A stretch of DNA of 64,000 nt. Origin: Spirochaetes bacterium RBG_16_49_21. GTDB lineage: Bacteria > Spirochaetota > UBA4802 > UBA5550. Below, piece after piece: positions 52,763 through 62,712 of this stretch; position 1 is the stretch's first letter, and every line of letters starts with the position of its first letter. The notes under the pieces were generated by a model, which worked only from the letters and a program-made list of their open reading frames with translations, searched no databases and was not told the origin of the DNA. Both the position numbers and the translations under genes were made by a program. Location of the stretch: the NCBI GenBank assembly GCA_001829495.1, contig MIBJ01000037.1:39521-103520 (forward strand), given 5' to 3'.

Positions 52763-53926
52763 ATGAAAAATCCTTTTAAGGGGAATTGGCGTATGCCGTC
52801 AAATAGGGTGAAAATCTTTTTAATGCTGATGTTGATTGCTGCCGGGATATCCGTTTCTGCGGCAAACCGGGAATCCGGTTTCCTGAGCGAGACCGGCAGG
52901 AATTCACCGTTAAAAAAGGAGAATCAGAGCTCGCCGGTATATGAGCTCCAGAAAACATTTCATGAAATTTACGAGCAGTACCAAAATTCAGTGGTTTCCA
53001 TAAGCACTGAAAAAACGGTCAAGATACGGTACAACCACCCCTTTATCGACGATCCTTTCTTCAAGGAATTCTTCGGCGGCAAGGACAAAATGCCCGAGAC
53101 CCAGAAGCACAGGGGGCTGGGCACCGGATTCATCATCTCGCGCGACGGCTACATCTGCACCAACCATCATGTCGTCGCCAATATGGACAGCGTTACGGTC
53201 ACGGTAAACGGGAAGCACTACAAAGCGGTATTGATCGGCTCCGACCAGCTTACCGACATCGCGCTTCTCAAGATCGCCGGCACGGACAAATTCACCCCGG
53301 TCTATTTCGGAAATTCGGATGCGGTGAAAATCGGCGACATGGCGATTGCTATCGGGAACCCCTTCGGACTCGATAAAACAATTACGAGCGGAATAATCAG
53401 CGCTGTCGGGCGGCGGGTGATCAACGACATCGGGACCTCGTATATCCAGACCGACGCCTCGATAAATCCCGGAAATTCCGGCGGGCCCCTCATCAACCTT
53501 GACGGAGAGGTCATCGGCGTGAACCGGATGATATACTCAAGCACCGGCGGCAGCCTCGGGATAGGCTTCGCGATCCCGATCAATACGACCCGCGATATCC
53601 TTATGCAGCTTCACCAATACGGGAAAGTCAAAAGAGGATACATCGGCGTCATGATCTCCCCCCTCGCAGATCAATTGGCAAAGGAGCTCGGATTGCAAAA
53701 GGCGGAAGGCGCTGTAATCGGATCAGTGGAAAAAAACGGACCTGCCGACCAGGCCGGACTTAAGATCAGGGACGTTATAACCAGGGTTGAGGGAAAACCG
53801 ATAGCCGGCTATGCTGATCTTATCGGCATAGTCAGCAGGATCGCGATCGGCAAAACCATCACGGTAACCGTATGGAGAGATAAAAAATATGTCGAGGCGA
53901 CGGTAACGGTGAGGGAGCGGCCTTAA
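52763..53926 (+). CDS. htrA: HtrA/DegP-family periplasmic serine protease with one PDZ domain
   Basis: Catalytic triad contexts 'TNHHVV', 'DIALLKI' and 'GNSGGPLIN', plus a C-terminal PDZ. An alternative start at 52793 (MPSNRVK...) is possible. Confidence 0.9.
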   Translation: MKNPFKGNWRMPSNRVKIFLMLMLIAAGISVSAANRESGFLSETGRNSPLKKENQSSPVYELQKTFHEIYEQYQNSVVSISTEKTVKIRYNHPFIDDPFFKEFFGGKDKMPETQKHRGLGTGFIISRDGYICTNHHVVANMDSVTVTVNGKHYKAVLIGSDQLTDIALLKIAGTDKFTPVYFGNSDAVKIGDMAIAIGNPFGLDKTITSGIISAVGRRVINDIGTSYIQTDASINPGNSGGPLINLDGEVIGVNRMIYSSTGGSLGIGFAIPINTTRDILMQLHQYGKVKRGYIGVMISPLADQLAKELGLQKAEGAVIGSVEKNGPADQAGLKIRDVITRVEGKPIAGYADLIGIVSRIAIGKTITVTVWRDKKYVEATVTVRERP

Positions 53927-53953
53927 GCATCATAAGCCGGATTCAGGACTCAC

Positions 53954-55174
53954 TCATATCTCGGCAACGTTTTCGTAATCGATATCATCGGCTGCTGAAC
54001 TCTCGCCGGCTCCGACCATCCCTTTGGGGATATCCGGCTTCTTGTCCGTCTGTTCTTTCTTCCGGGAATTCTCAATTTTTTCTTCTTCCGCATCGGGGAT
54101 CATTCTGTTCTGTATCCGGTAGAGCAGCTCCTGCGTGCTCATACCCTTCCATTTTTTTGCCGTGTCAATATACTTTCCCTGAGGATAGGCGTTGATATAG
54201 ATCTGGAATTCCCGCGCCGCGAGATCGAATTTCTTCATGAGGAAATAGGCATATCCCTTTTTAATGCGCGCGTCCTCGTCCTTGCGGAAATCATAGTTAT
54301 CGAGCGTCTTGTCAAAATACTTGATCGCTGTGGAGTACTTGCTCTGGGCTAAATAGCTCTCCCCGATCCAGTACAATGAATTCTCGCCTTTCCCGTCGGC
54401 CGGGTAGTTGCGCACTATTCTGTTAAAATAAGAAATAGCGGATTTATAGTTTCCCCTCTTGAAGCTTTCATACCCGCTTCGGTAAACCTGGTCTATATAG
54501 GAGCGCCTGACATCAGGGGCATAATGGCTGAAGTTGCCGTAGCATTTGAGAAAATATTCATATAGGTTATATGCCATGTCCGCGTTGCCGAGCCTCTTGT
54601 AAACCCGGGCCTTGCCCAGTATGGCCTCTTCATTGTCTCCGTTCTCCGTACGCGCGAAATCGAACATCTGCTTGGATTTCCGATATTCACCCATCTGCAG
54701 ATATACGTAACCGAGCTCCGTATATATCCTGCTCCTGAACCCTCTGTCGGTCGTATCATTAAGCAGCCCGAGAAGCTGATTGATCCCCTCGTCGGTATGA
54801 TACCTCAATGTCTTGAGCCTGGCGATTCTCGCCTTTATCTCGCTCTTTAAAACCGGATCTATATTCCTGCTGCTTTTTAATATGTAAATATATTTCAAAT
54901 ACGCGTAATCGTTTAATTTCAGCTTCTCATAGCATTGCGCCATATAAAAATAGGCTTCCAGCTCAGCATGGGTTCCGCGATACCGTGCGATAACCTTGGA
55001 AAAGATGTTGATCGCGTTATTGACCGCTTCGCGCGACCCGCGCTCATAGACCAGCCTTCCTTCGGTGAGGAGCTCCTGCGCCTCTCTGTCATACCGGATA
55101 TAACGGTCATAATATGCGTACAGACCTATGCCGACCACGATGAGAAATGCACCCAGAATAATCCCCTTTGTCAT
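53954..55174 (-). CDS. membrane-anchored TPR-repeat protein
   Basis: N-terminal TM 'GIILGAFLIVVGIGLYAY', then multiple TPR-like units ('YWIGESYLAQSKYSTAIKYFDKTL'). Confidence 0.75.
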   Translation of the reverse strand: MTKGIILGAFLIVVGIGLYAYYDRYIRYDREAQELLTEGRLVYERGSREAVNNAINIFSKVIARYRGTHAELEAYFYMAQCYEKLKLNDYAYLKYIYILKSSRNIDPVLKSEIKARIARLKTLRYHTDEGINQLLGLLNDTTDRGFRSRIYTELGYVYLQMGEYRKSKQMFDFARTENGDNEEAILGKARVYKRLGNADMAYNLYEYFLKCYGNFSHYAPDVRRSYIDQVYRSGYESFKRGNYKSAISYFNRIVRNYPADGKGENSLYWIGESYLAQSKYSTAIKYFDKTLDNYDFRKDEDARIKKGYAYFLMKKFDLAAREFQIYINAYPQGKYIDTAKKWKGMSTQELLYRIQNRMIPDAEEEKIENSRKKEQTDKKPDIPKGMVGAGESSAADDIDYENVAEI

Positions 55175-55207
55175 CTATCAAACTCCTCGCGACAGCGATG
55201 AACCGGA

Positions 55208-55699
55208 CTAATGATTCTTAATACGGCTTAATGCGAATGATTCCCAAAAATTCGCATCGTTTGGAAAATATTTCTTCACTTCGGGCAAGATCAGCAGGTC
55301 AAGCGCCTTCCGGTACCGGCCCATTTCAATATAGGAGCGCGCGATGAAGAGCCTGGCCTTGGACACCTCTCTCTTATTATCGGAGCGGGCAACGAAGTTT
55401 TGCAACTCTTTTACCGCTCGGCTGAATAAGCCTTTGAAGAAGGTTCTTTTCAAGATAATGTCAACATCGTCAAGAGCGGGAGGCTGAGACTTCTTTTTTT
55501 CTTGTGTAGTCTTCTTTTCCTCTGGAGCGGCTTTTTTTTCTTCCGGTATGCTTTCTTTCTCTTCAAATTCTTTAATATCTTTAAGTTCTTTCTCTTCCTC
55601 GTCCAACAGATACTGGGAATGGACGCCCCCCACCAAAGCCAGACAGATACCTATACCTGCAAGCAGAAGCCATTTGACTATTTTGATCTTTACAGACAT
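55208..55699 (-). CDS. small membrane-anchored protein with a Glu/Lys-rich linker and one TPR-like unit
   Basis: TM 'WLLLAGIGICLALVGGV', low-complexity 'EEKELKDIKEFEEKESIPEEKKAAPEEKKTTQEKKK', then 'ARLFIARSYIEMGRYRKALDLL'. Confidence 0.6.
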   Translation of the reverse strand: MSVKIKIVKWLLLAGIGICLALVGGVHSQYLLDEEEKELKDIKEFEEKESIPEEKKAAPEEKKTTQEKKKSQPPALDDVDIILKRTFFKGLFSRAVKELQNFVARSDNKREVSKARLFIARSYIEMGRYRKALDLLILPEVKKYFPNDANFWESFALSRIKNH

Positions 55700-55873
55700 A
55701 CTTTCCTTCGGGAACCGCCGATTCCCGCCGCCTACTATTTATTTTCGGAAGAATAAAAATATAACTTAATGTAAAAACAATGATCGCAATACGAACATTC
55801 GATATAAAAAAATTAATATTCAGATTGACTTTACCTGCGCACATCTTTTTTATTATATTAGATTAAAATATCT

Positions 55874-57904
55874 ATGCTGGACTTTGAACTTAAAATACGC
55901 AGCAGGGACATCACTACCCTGCTCGCGGTACTGAAAACCGCCAACCCTGACGTCGACATGACGGTCATACGCAAGGCGTACGATTTTGCAGTCGCCGCGC
56001 ATGAGGGCCAGGTCCGTTTATCCGGCGAGCCCTATATCACGCACCCCATGGAGGTGGCGATAATCCTGGCCGGCCTTAAGCTCGACACCATCACCATCGC
56101 AGCAGGGCTGCTGCATGATGTCGTCGAGGACACCGGCGCCACGCTCGATATCATAAAAAGCAAATTCGGACAAGAGATCACCCAACTCGTGGACGGAGTC
56201 ACCAAAATATCCTCAATTAAAAACAGGACCAAGGCAACGGCGCAGGCGGCCACCTTGCGTAAAATGCTCATCGCAACGGTCAAGGACGTACGGGTGATAA
56301 TCATCAAGCTTGCGGACAAGCTTCACAATATGCGAACCATCATCTTCCATCCGCCTGAAGACCAGGTCCGGGTGGCGAAAGAAACGATGGACATCTACGC
56401 GCCGCTTGCCCGGAGGCTCGGAATGTCGAACATAAGCGCAGAGCTGGAAGACCTGGCGTTTCATATTCTTAATCCCGACGAGTACAACGAGATAAAATAC
56501 TCCATCGCGCAGAGAAACACGGAACTCGAAGAATATCTCGATAACGTCAGGAAGACAATCTCCGCGCGCCTGAACGAGCTCAATATCACCGGGACGATCG
56601 TCGGCAGGGCAAAGCATTACTATTCGATATTCAAAAAAATAAAGGAGCAGAAAAAGACCTTTCAGGAGATCTATGATTTACGGGGGATCCGGATAATCAC
56701 GAAGGAGATCAAGGACTGCTACGGGATACTCGGCGTTGTCCATACCCTCTGGTCGCCTATCGTCACCCGGTTCAAGGACTACATCGCCGTTCCGAAATCG
56801 AACATGTACCAGTCGCTCCATACGACCGTCATCGGCCCTGAGGGCCACTGGCTGGAGGTGCAGATCCGCACGGAGAAGATGCACGCAACTGCGGAGATGG
56901 GAATCGCGGCGCACTGGCTCTATAAAGAAGATCCCACCGCCGTCAAGAGGGATTATAAAAACCTCACCTTTCTTAAAGATATTACCGAGTGGCAGGCCGA
57001 TCTGAAAGATACCCGTGAATTCATGAAAAGCCTCAGAATGGACCTTTACGAAAACGAGATATTCGTCTTCACCCCCAAGGGCAAAATCATAAAGCTCCCC
57101 TTGGGAGCGACGCCGGTTGATTTCGCCTATGCCATACACACTGAAATCGGGAACTCGTGCGTGGGCGCGATGGTGGACAACGCCCTGGTGCCCCTGAAGA
57201 CGCAGCTTGTAAGCGGCGATATCGTCGAGATCCTGACCAGTAAGAAAGGGCATCCGTCGGAGGCGTGGCTCAAATTCGTCATGTCGCCGAGCACGCGGTA
57301 CAAGATCAGGACATGGCTCCGGAAACAGGACAAGGACAGGGCCGGGCCGGAGGAAAGCTCGAAGCAAAAGGATGAAAAAACCGTCAAGGTGTCCATTCCG
57401 AAAGACGAGCGGATCAAGCTGAAGAGCTTTTCAAAACAGAAAGGAATCGGAATCACCATCGACGGCGCCACCGACGTGCTCATACGGCTCTCGCAGTGCT
57501 GCCAGCCGATCCCGGGAGACGACGTCGTGGGTTTTGTAACGCGGGGGAGAGGAATCACGGTGCATAAACGGAACTGTCCGTCATTGAAAAGGCTCTCACG
57601 GGAAAAAGAGCGGTTCATAAATATTTTATGGGAGGGCGCGGAAAACATATTTTATCCGGTCAAGCTCGCTGTTGAGGCGATCGACCGTTCCAACCTCCTT
57701 AAAGACATCACGAACGAGCTATCCCATGCCAAGACCAACATCATCAAGGCAGAAGCCCATGTCGAGAACAGCGATGCCGCAATATTCAGATTCATCCTGG
57801 AGGTCAGGGGTAATGATCATCTCAAAGAAATAACCCACAGGCTGAAAAACATCAGGAGCGTAACCCGCGTGTACAAGCTGAATGAAAAAGTCATATTGAA
57901 ATGA
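55874..57904 (+). CDS. spoT: bifunctional (p)ppGpp synthetase/hydrolase (RelA/SpoT homologue)
   Basis: HD domain 'YITHPMEVAIILA...AAGLLHDVVEDT', synthetase 'DLRGIRIIT...DYIAVPKSNMYQSLHT', and TGS and ACT regions. Confidence 0.95.
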   Translation: MLDFELKIRSRDITTLLAVLKTANPDVDMTVIRKAYDFAVAAHEGQVRLSGEPYITHPMEVAIILAGLKLDTITIAAGLLHDVVEDTGATLDIIKSKFGQEITQLVDGVTKISSIKNRTKATAQAATLRKMLIATVKDVRVIIIKLADKLHNMRTIIFHPPEDQVRVAKETMDIYAPLARRLGMSNISAELEDLAFHILNPDEYNEIKYSIAQRNTELEEYLDNVRKTISARLNELNITGTIVGRAKHYYSIFKKIKEQKKTFQEIYDLRGIRIITKEIKDCYGILGVVHTLWSPIVTRFKDYIAVPKSNMYQSLHTTVIGPEGHWLEVQIRTEKMHATAEMGIAAHWLYKEDPTAVKRDYKNLTFLKDITEWQADLKDTREFMKSLRMDLYENEIFVFTPKGKIIKLPLGATPVDFAYAIHTEIGNSCVGAMVDNALVPLKTQLVSGDIVEILTSKKGHPSEAWLKFVMSPSTRYKIRTWLRKQDKDRAGPEESSKQKDEKTVKVSIPKDERIKLKSFSKQKGIGITIDGATDVLIRLSQCCQPIPGDDVVGFVTRGRGITVHKRNCPSLKRLSREKERFINILWEGAENIFYPVKLAVEAIDRSNLLKDITNELSHAKTNIIKAEAHVENSDAAIFRFILEVRGNDHLKEITHRLKNIRSVTRVYKLNEKVILK

Positions 57905-57907
57905 TAC

Positions 57908-58513
57908 ATGAACATCATCCTCGGCTCAACATCCCCCAGAAGAAAAGAGGTTTTGAGCGCCTTGTTCGGCTCGTTTGAAATCATCGCCCCTAAGATTGAT
58001 GAAAAACCCCGCCGATCAGAAACGCCGGTCGAGTTCTCGATGCGGATATCCGAGGAAAAATGCCTTTCCATAGTGAAATCCAACCCGATCGGCAGGCGCC
58101 CCTCTCTTATCATAACCGCTGATACCGTCGTCACGATCAAGGGCGCCGTTATCGGCAAGCCCGTAAACTTCGACGATGCGGTAAGAATCATCTCGCTCTT
58201 AAACGGAAAAACCCACCATGTCATTACCGGCCTCACCCTCCTGGCAGTGGAAGGCGGGAAGGAGCAGTTTCGCCCCCTCACCCATCATGAGATCACCGAG
58301 GTAAAGTTTAAAAGACTCAGGAATGAAGAGATCGTCGGATATCTGAGCCGGATAGAGTACCGGGACAAGGCGGGAAGCTACGCCTTTCAGGAGCACGGCG
58401 ATATGATCATCGACCGGCACAGGGGATCGGTCACCAATATAATCGGCTTCCCGCTCCGCCTCTTTTTTGCGATGCTCGTGGATAGGGGACTGGCAGAGGC
58501 GGTTTTTAATTGA
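57908..58513 (+). CDS. maf: Maf-family nucleoside triphosphate pyrophosphatase
   Basis: 'IILGSTSPRRKEVL', 'ADTVV' and 'DKAGSYAFQE'. Confidence 0.9.
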   Translation: MNIILGSTSPRRKEVLSALFGSFEIIAPKIDEKPRRSETPVEFSMRISEEKCLSIVKSNPIGRRPSLIITADTVVTIKGAVIGKPVNFDDAVRIISLLNGKTHHVITGLTLLAVEGGKEQFRPLTHHEITEVKFKRLRNEEIVGYLSRIEYRDKAGSYAFQEHGDMIIDRHRGSVTNIIGFPLRLFFAMLVDRGLAEAVFN

Positions 58514-58632
58514 CTGGAATTAAGCGAGAATTGATTCAAGCTCAGAGAGAATCCATTCTTGACTCAAAGAGCGCTGTGGGCAGTCAGTTGCTTTAAAATT
58601 TTATCGCATGATGTTTTACGCTCTTATCTTCT

Positions 58633-58661
58633 ATAGAGACGTAGCAGCGCTATGTCTCTAT
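58633..58661. terminator. hairpin between the convergent maf and lipase genes
   Basis: ATAGAGACGTAGC-AGC-GCTATGTCTCTAT: a 13 bp stem with one G-T position. Confidence 0.4.
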
Positions 58662-58713
58662 CAGGATACGCGCGCTGCGATAAAAAATGAATTATCGAAT
58701 GTTGATCTCTAAG

Positions 58714-60093
58714 TTAGTTCTCATGCATCCTTTTTCCCTTTTTATGGGGAGGAGACTGAATGTAATCATGAAAAAGAACCATTGCCCTGTCGCTTAAAGA
58801 TGCCCAGTTCGGTATATTGATCCTTTGGGTCTTGCCGCCGCTGTTAGCCGGCGTTAAGACGACTGATACCGTACTGTCCGGCGGCGTGATTCCGGGGATA
58901 TAAAGATCAACGCCGGTCATAAAGGTAAACAAGCTGGGAGGGGGAGTCGCCACGCCCAGGTTGCTCACTCCATCGACACCCTTATCGAAAACAAATGTCG
59001 CAGTTACAAAGCGGCTCATCGGGTGCGTGGCAGGGCTGATGACGTTGATGCCGTTGATCTCAAGAGCGTCGTTATTGCCGTCTTGATTTCCCCGCAGCTC
59101 ATTATACCTGATGATTACGATGTTGGTGTGGTGATCGCTCCTGTCCAGCAGGTCGCCTATTCCCGCCCCTGGTTTTTCCGCATTCAGGCGAACAAGGTAA
59201 TTGCTCCTGGTGAATGGCTCGGCATAGAAATGATGAATGAAGGCTTCACGCACGAGTGAGAATTCATAGTACGCGCCCTGTTTAACCGTGACAGGACCCC
59301 ATGCGCCGGTAGCATCAAGCATATATACGGCTATTGGATGTTTGCCCTTTCTTTTGCCGGTCGAGCCTTTGACCTCCCATATCTCGAGAGTGGCACCGGC
59401 AACTCCCACGTTCTGCGGAAAGAGTACCGCCCTCCCTGCAATCTCAATACGACCGTGATGTTCGGGAAGGATCTCCTTGGTAAAGGGCTTTCTGCTGGTA
59501 AAAAACTTATACATTTCTACGAACGATTCTGCGGAGGTCGCCATTTGCACGTGGGTATGATTGGTGATAGTGACGTTCTTAGCCCCGACTATCGAGCAAC
59601 CCTGGCACGTCCCGTACTGGCCCCAAAGAGCCAGGGTCGGTATTCCTGCCGGAACGCGGTCATGCGGCGAACTGAAACTGTCCACACTCACATAACGGGC
59701 GATCTTCATGGCGCGTTCTGTTGAGCTTTCTATGTATTCGTAGGAAACCAATCCGCCGTAAGAATGTCCGATAAGATCAATCTGGTCCGCGCCGGTCTCT
59801 TCCTGGATATCGGAGATAAGCCGGTCAAGCCTCGCATGGACGTCATTCAGAGTTTCTATGGAGAACCGGGAATCATATTCCAAGACGTGTAAGTAGTCCC
59901 GTGGATACAGGTTGCTTGCGAATCGTAATGCCTGAGACTCGAATTGCCCTCCCGATCCCGAACCTCCATGAATAAAGACTATGGGATTGATGTCACGGAT
60001 CGGATGGCAGGTTTTAGCCAGCGTTGATTTTGTATAGATAATACCCGCTAACACAAGCGATAAAGCAGTTGAAAATATCAGTATTCTTTTCAT
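58714..60093 (-). CDS. secreted alpha/beta-hydrolase (lipase/esterase-like) with an uncharacterised C-terminal domain
   Basis: Signal peptide, 'VFIHGGSGSGGQF' and nucleophile elbow 'LIGHSYGG'. Confidence 0.75.
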   Translation of the reverse strand: MKRILIFSTALSLVLAGIIYTKSTLAKTCHPIRDINPIVFIHGGSGSGGQFESQALRFASNLYPRDYLHVLEYDSRFSIETLNDVHARLDRLISDIQEETGADQIDLIGHSYGGLVSYEYIESSTERAMKIARYVSVDSFSSPHDRVPAGIPTLALWGQYGTCQGCSIVGAKNVTITNHTHVQMATSAESFVEMYKFFTSRKPFTKEILPEHHGRIEIAGRAVLFPQNVGVAGATLEIWEVKGSTGKRKGKHPIAVYMLDATGAWGPVTVKQGAYYEFSLVREAFIHHFYAEPFTRSNYLVRLNAEKPGAGIGDLLDRSDHHTNIVIIRYNELRGNQDGNNDALEINGINVISPATHPMSRFVTATFVFDKGVDGVSNLGVATPPPSLFTFMTGVDLYIPGITPPDSTVSVVLTPANSGGKTQRINIPNWASLSDRAMVLFHDYIQSPPHKKGKRMHEN

Positions 60094-60167
60094 CTCTCCA
60101 CCTCCATATTTTTTTATTTTTTAGGAAACTGCATTTAATAAATCATCTGAATCATCTTCTTGTCCGC

Positions 60168-60500
60168 CTACGAGAGGTTTCCTTCACTATTTACAGTCCT
60201 TAAAAACTGGTCAACGCCCGCAAGACTTAATAGGAATTGCACCCGTTCAGTTGGGGATATTAAAATTAATTCAATGTTCGCATCAAGAAGGCTGTCTTTC
60301 ATTTTCAACAGCTCGCCCAGGCCGTTACTATTCAGGAATGGCTTTGACGACATATTGACAGCCACCGCTCTTGTGGAAGAGCCGCTCAGCTGCAAGGTTA
60401 TGCCGATGACATCATCGATATCACTACTGGTAAGCCTTCCTTCTTCGTCTGGCAGATTGATTACTAGCGTGTCATTTATGAAATGATAGTCGATATTCAT
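60168..60500 (-). CDS. STAS-domain anti-sigma-factor antagonist (SpoIIAA/RsbV-like)
   Basis: 110 aa. 'AVNMSSKPFLNSNGLGELL' matches the phosphorylatable Ser region of STAS proteins. Confidence 0.75.
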   Translation of the reverse strand: MNIDYHFINDTLVINLPDEEGRLTSSDIDDVIGITLQLSGSSTRAVAVNMSSKPFLNSNGLGELLKMKDSLLDANIELILISPTERVQFLLSLAGVDQFLRTVNSEGNLS

Positions 60501-60709
60501 TCGTCACTTCTCTTTAGAATTTGCGCCCGCCAAAAATTACAAAAAACCATACAGGCATAGCTATTCTGCATGGGTTGAATATGCAGCTCACCAAATTTTT
60601 TGTCAAGTTTTATTGAATTTAAAAAAATTGACCAAGTCTTCATAGCGGTGCCCCTTCCATCGAGGGAGAGGGATAAAAAAATCGCCTGCCACACGTACCT
60701 GAAAAGATA

Positions 60710-60737
60710 TTGACTGAAACCGCCTATCCTGTAGTAT
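60710..60737 (+). promoter_or_regulatory. candidate sigma70-type promoter for the HAMP-protein gene
   Basis: TTGACT (60710-60715), 16 nt spacer, TAGTAT (60732-60737). The track ATG at 60736 lies inside the -10 box, which supports the downstream start. Confidence 0.4.
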
Positions 60738-60762
60738 GCAGGGAGTAAACAGGAGGGAATTC

Positions 60763-61347
60763 ATGACCAAGCGCAAGCATTATCTCATTGATAAACGATA
60801 CCAGCTGAGGACAACCTTTTCCATAATCGGCACGGTAATTATCATCACCACGATCATTCTGGGGGTAATTACCGCGAGTGTCGTGAACAACAGCATTCGG
60901 CTCAATGAAAACAATTTAAAAATCGACAATATCTATAAGATCGAGTCGAGCATCTTCATTTTCCTGTCCTCACTGACCGGGCCGGTACAGGATCAGTCTC
61001 TGAAAAAAGCGATACAGGAAAGCATGGAAAAGCATGATAACAACATGAACACCCTGGGACACATTATATCCACGAATCAGGATATAATAACCTATAATAA
61101 GATATTACTTATAACGATTCTCATAATAATCATACTTGAAGCAGCGGCGCTCTATCTAATCCTCATCAGAAAAACCCACCGCGTTTCCGGGCCGATGTAC
61201 GTAATATCAGGCTTCATGAGGGATATTATCGAGGGAAAGGAGCCGCATTTTCGCCCCTTGAGAAACGGCGACGAGATGCAGGACTTCTACGAGCTGTTCA
61301 GACATATGGTCTTCACCATCCGCGAGCGGGAAAAGAAGGGATCCTGA
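60763..61347 (+). CDS. two-TM membrane protein with a HAMP-like linker and no output domain
   Basis: ATG at 60763 lies 6 nt after AGGAGGG. Two TM helices flank a ~90 aa loop, then a HAMP-like stretch 'RKTHRVSGPMYVISGFMRDIIEG'. Confidence 0.7.
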   Translation: MTKRKHYLIDKRYQLRTTFSIIGTVIIITTIILGVITASVVNNSIRLNENNLKIDNIYKIESSIFIFLSSLTGPVQDQSLKKAIQESMEKHDNNMNTLGHIISTNQDIITYNKILLITILIIIILEAAALYLILIRKTHRVSGPMYVISGFMRDIIEGKEPHFRPLRNGDEMQDFYELFRHMVFTIREREKKGS

Positions 61348-61376
61348 TATGCATCATCAACAGGGAGGGGCGCGAT

Positions 61377-61712
61377 ATGCAGGAGGATATCAGCCGCATA
61401 ATCGAAAAAGCACGGGAGCTTTCGGACAGCATCAGGAGCCACGCGATTACCCGAAGCTATGATGAGATCCGGGAAAAGATGAGAAGCGACCGGAATGCCC
61501 AGGAGCTTTACGCGAAGCTCGTCATGATGGGAAAGGAGATATCGATGCTCCTTGCCCGCGAAGAGAAGATTGAGGCAAAAGACTCATCGGAATATGAGCT
61601 TCTGCGGGAAGAGCTGGATCATAATCCGCTGGTGAAGGAATACATACAAACGCAGCGGGAATACCTTGATTTATTAAAAAAGGTCATTGAGAGAATTGAG
61701 AATCCCTTATGA
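61377..61712 (+). CDS. YlbF/YmcA-like (UPF0342) helical protein
   Basis: 111 aa all-helical protein. 'ITRSYDEIREKMRSDRNAQELYAKL...NPLVKEYIQTQREYLDLLKKV' resembles the YlbF family (assessed by eye). Confidence 0.55.
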   Translation: MQEDISRIIEKARELSDSIRSHAITRSYDEIREKMRSDRNAQELYAKLVMMGKEISMLLAREEKIEAKDSSEYELLREELDHNPLVKEYIQTQREYLDLLKKVIERIENPL

Positions 61713-61991
61713 TTGCAATCGTACGTTCAAGGTGATTATTGTAGCGCCCCAGTTCGGCCCGTCATTTTTGTAATGCAGCACATCCGGATGTTTGGATAAA
61801 ATATCATATACCTGACGTTTTTTGGCCGATTTCCCCTTACCGTGGACGAGGCGTATTTCCGGCATCCCCTTTCTTACCGCCTGCCTGATGAATTCATCGA
61901 CCACTTCCGCAGTCTCGGAAGGATCAAAGAAATGAAGATCGCATTCAAAGCCGAAGTCGATGCGGCTATAATCACTGAATATTTTTTTCAT
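61707..61991 (-). CDS. Smr-domain protein
   Basis: 'CDLHFFDPSETAEVVDEFI' and 'IRLVHGKGKS' correspond to the Smr LDLHG / HGxG motifs. Its 3' end abuts or overlaps the convergent YlbF-like gene. Confidence 0.7.
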   Translation of the reverse strand: MKKIFSDYSRIDFGFECDLHFFDPSETAEVVDEFIRQAVRKGMPEIRLVHGKGKSAKKRQVYDILSKHPDVLHYKNDGPNWGATIITLNVRLQS

Positions 61992-62056
61992 AATTCCACT
62001 CCTTGTTCGTTTATCTATATATGATAGATCTGCTGCATAACTAAATTAAAATTGAA

Positions 62057-62127
62057 TTTTGTCCTTCGCCGCCTTCGGCGGCGGGGGACAAAAAGTCAAA
62101 TATTATTGCAGTTTTGCAACAAGTCTA
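62057..62127 (+). repeat. GC-rich hairpin, followed by the AGTTTTGCAACAAGTCTA motif (occurrence 3)
   Basis: TTTTGTCC..CGCCGCC-TTC-GGCGGCG..GGACAAAA (62057-62093), then CAGTTTTGCAACAAGTCTA (62109-62127). Confidence 0.65.
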
Positions 62128-62156
62128 GTAAAATACTAATAGTAAGGAGTATTGCA

Positions 62157-62516
62157 ATGTGGAATTACCAAAACACCATGCTCGAGGGCAACGTGACTCA
62201 TGAACCGACCATGAAAAAGACGAAAACAGGGAAAAGTGTGTGCTCCTTTTCCCTGGCATTTCACCATAATTCAGGGAGTGAGTCGGAGGAAGGGGTCTCA
62301 TACATCGATGTGGACACATGGGACCGGCTTGCCGAAATATGCTCGGATAATATCCGAAAGGGGAAAAGGGTGATGGTTTTCGGTATGCTCCGCCAGGACC
62401 GGTGGGAGGACGATGACGGTAAAAAACACTCCCGCCACAAGATCATCGGCAAAGAGATCCGCTTTATTGAATCGCTGAACAAACCTGTTGCCGAGGCTGT
62501 ACAGAAAGCCGTGTAA
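62157..62516 (+). CDS. ssb: short single-stranded DNA-binding (OB-fold) protein lacking the acidic C-terminal tip
   Basis: ATG at 62157 lies 8 nt after AGGAG. 'NTMLEGNVTHEPTMKKTKTGKSVCSFSLA...YIDVDTWDRLAEICSDNIRKGKRVMVFGMLRQDRWEDDDGKKHS' is an SSB OB fold. It ends '...AEAVQKAV', with no D-D-D-I-P-F-type tail. The track's N-terminal extension from 62052 covers the hairpin repeat. Confidence 0.75.
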   Translation: MWNYQNTMLEGNVTHEPTMKKTKTGKSVCSFSLAFHHNSGSESEEGVSYIDVDTWDRLAEICSDNIRKGKRVMVFGMLRQDRWEDDDGKKHSRHKIIGKEIRFIESLNKPVAEAVQKAV

Positions 62517-62545
62517 CGCAGTCTGGCGGGGATGAATCCCTCTCT

Positions 62546-62671
62546 GACCTCACCCGCGCTCCGCGCACCCTCTCCCATTAATCTCGGAAGAAAGGAGAGG
62601 GTTTCCGCTAAATTAGCTTCATCCTGCCGCCTCCCCCTCTCCAATAGGGAGAGGGGGTCGGGGGTGAGGTC
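62546..62671. mobile_element. palindromic MITE-like repeat, copy B
   Basis: Termini GACCTCACCC (62546-62555) and GGGTGAGGTC (62662-62671). The interior is collinear with copy A, apart from a ~13 nt deletion. Confidence 0.75.
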
Positions 62672-62712
62672 GTCTCTGCGAGAATATCTTTTAGACAGCC
62701 CCTAAGGAGTTT

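Noticed and set aside
62052-62156. N-terminal 35 aa extension of the ssb ORF (track start 62052).
   Set aside because: The extension covers a GC-rich hairpin and the conserved 19 nt motif. A strong SD (AGGAG) precedes the internal ATG at 62157, where the OB fold begins.
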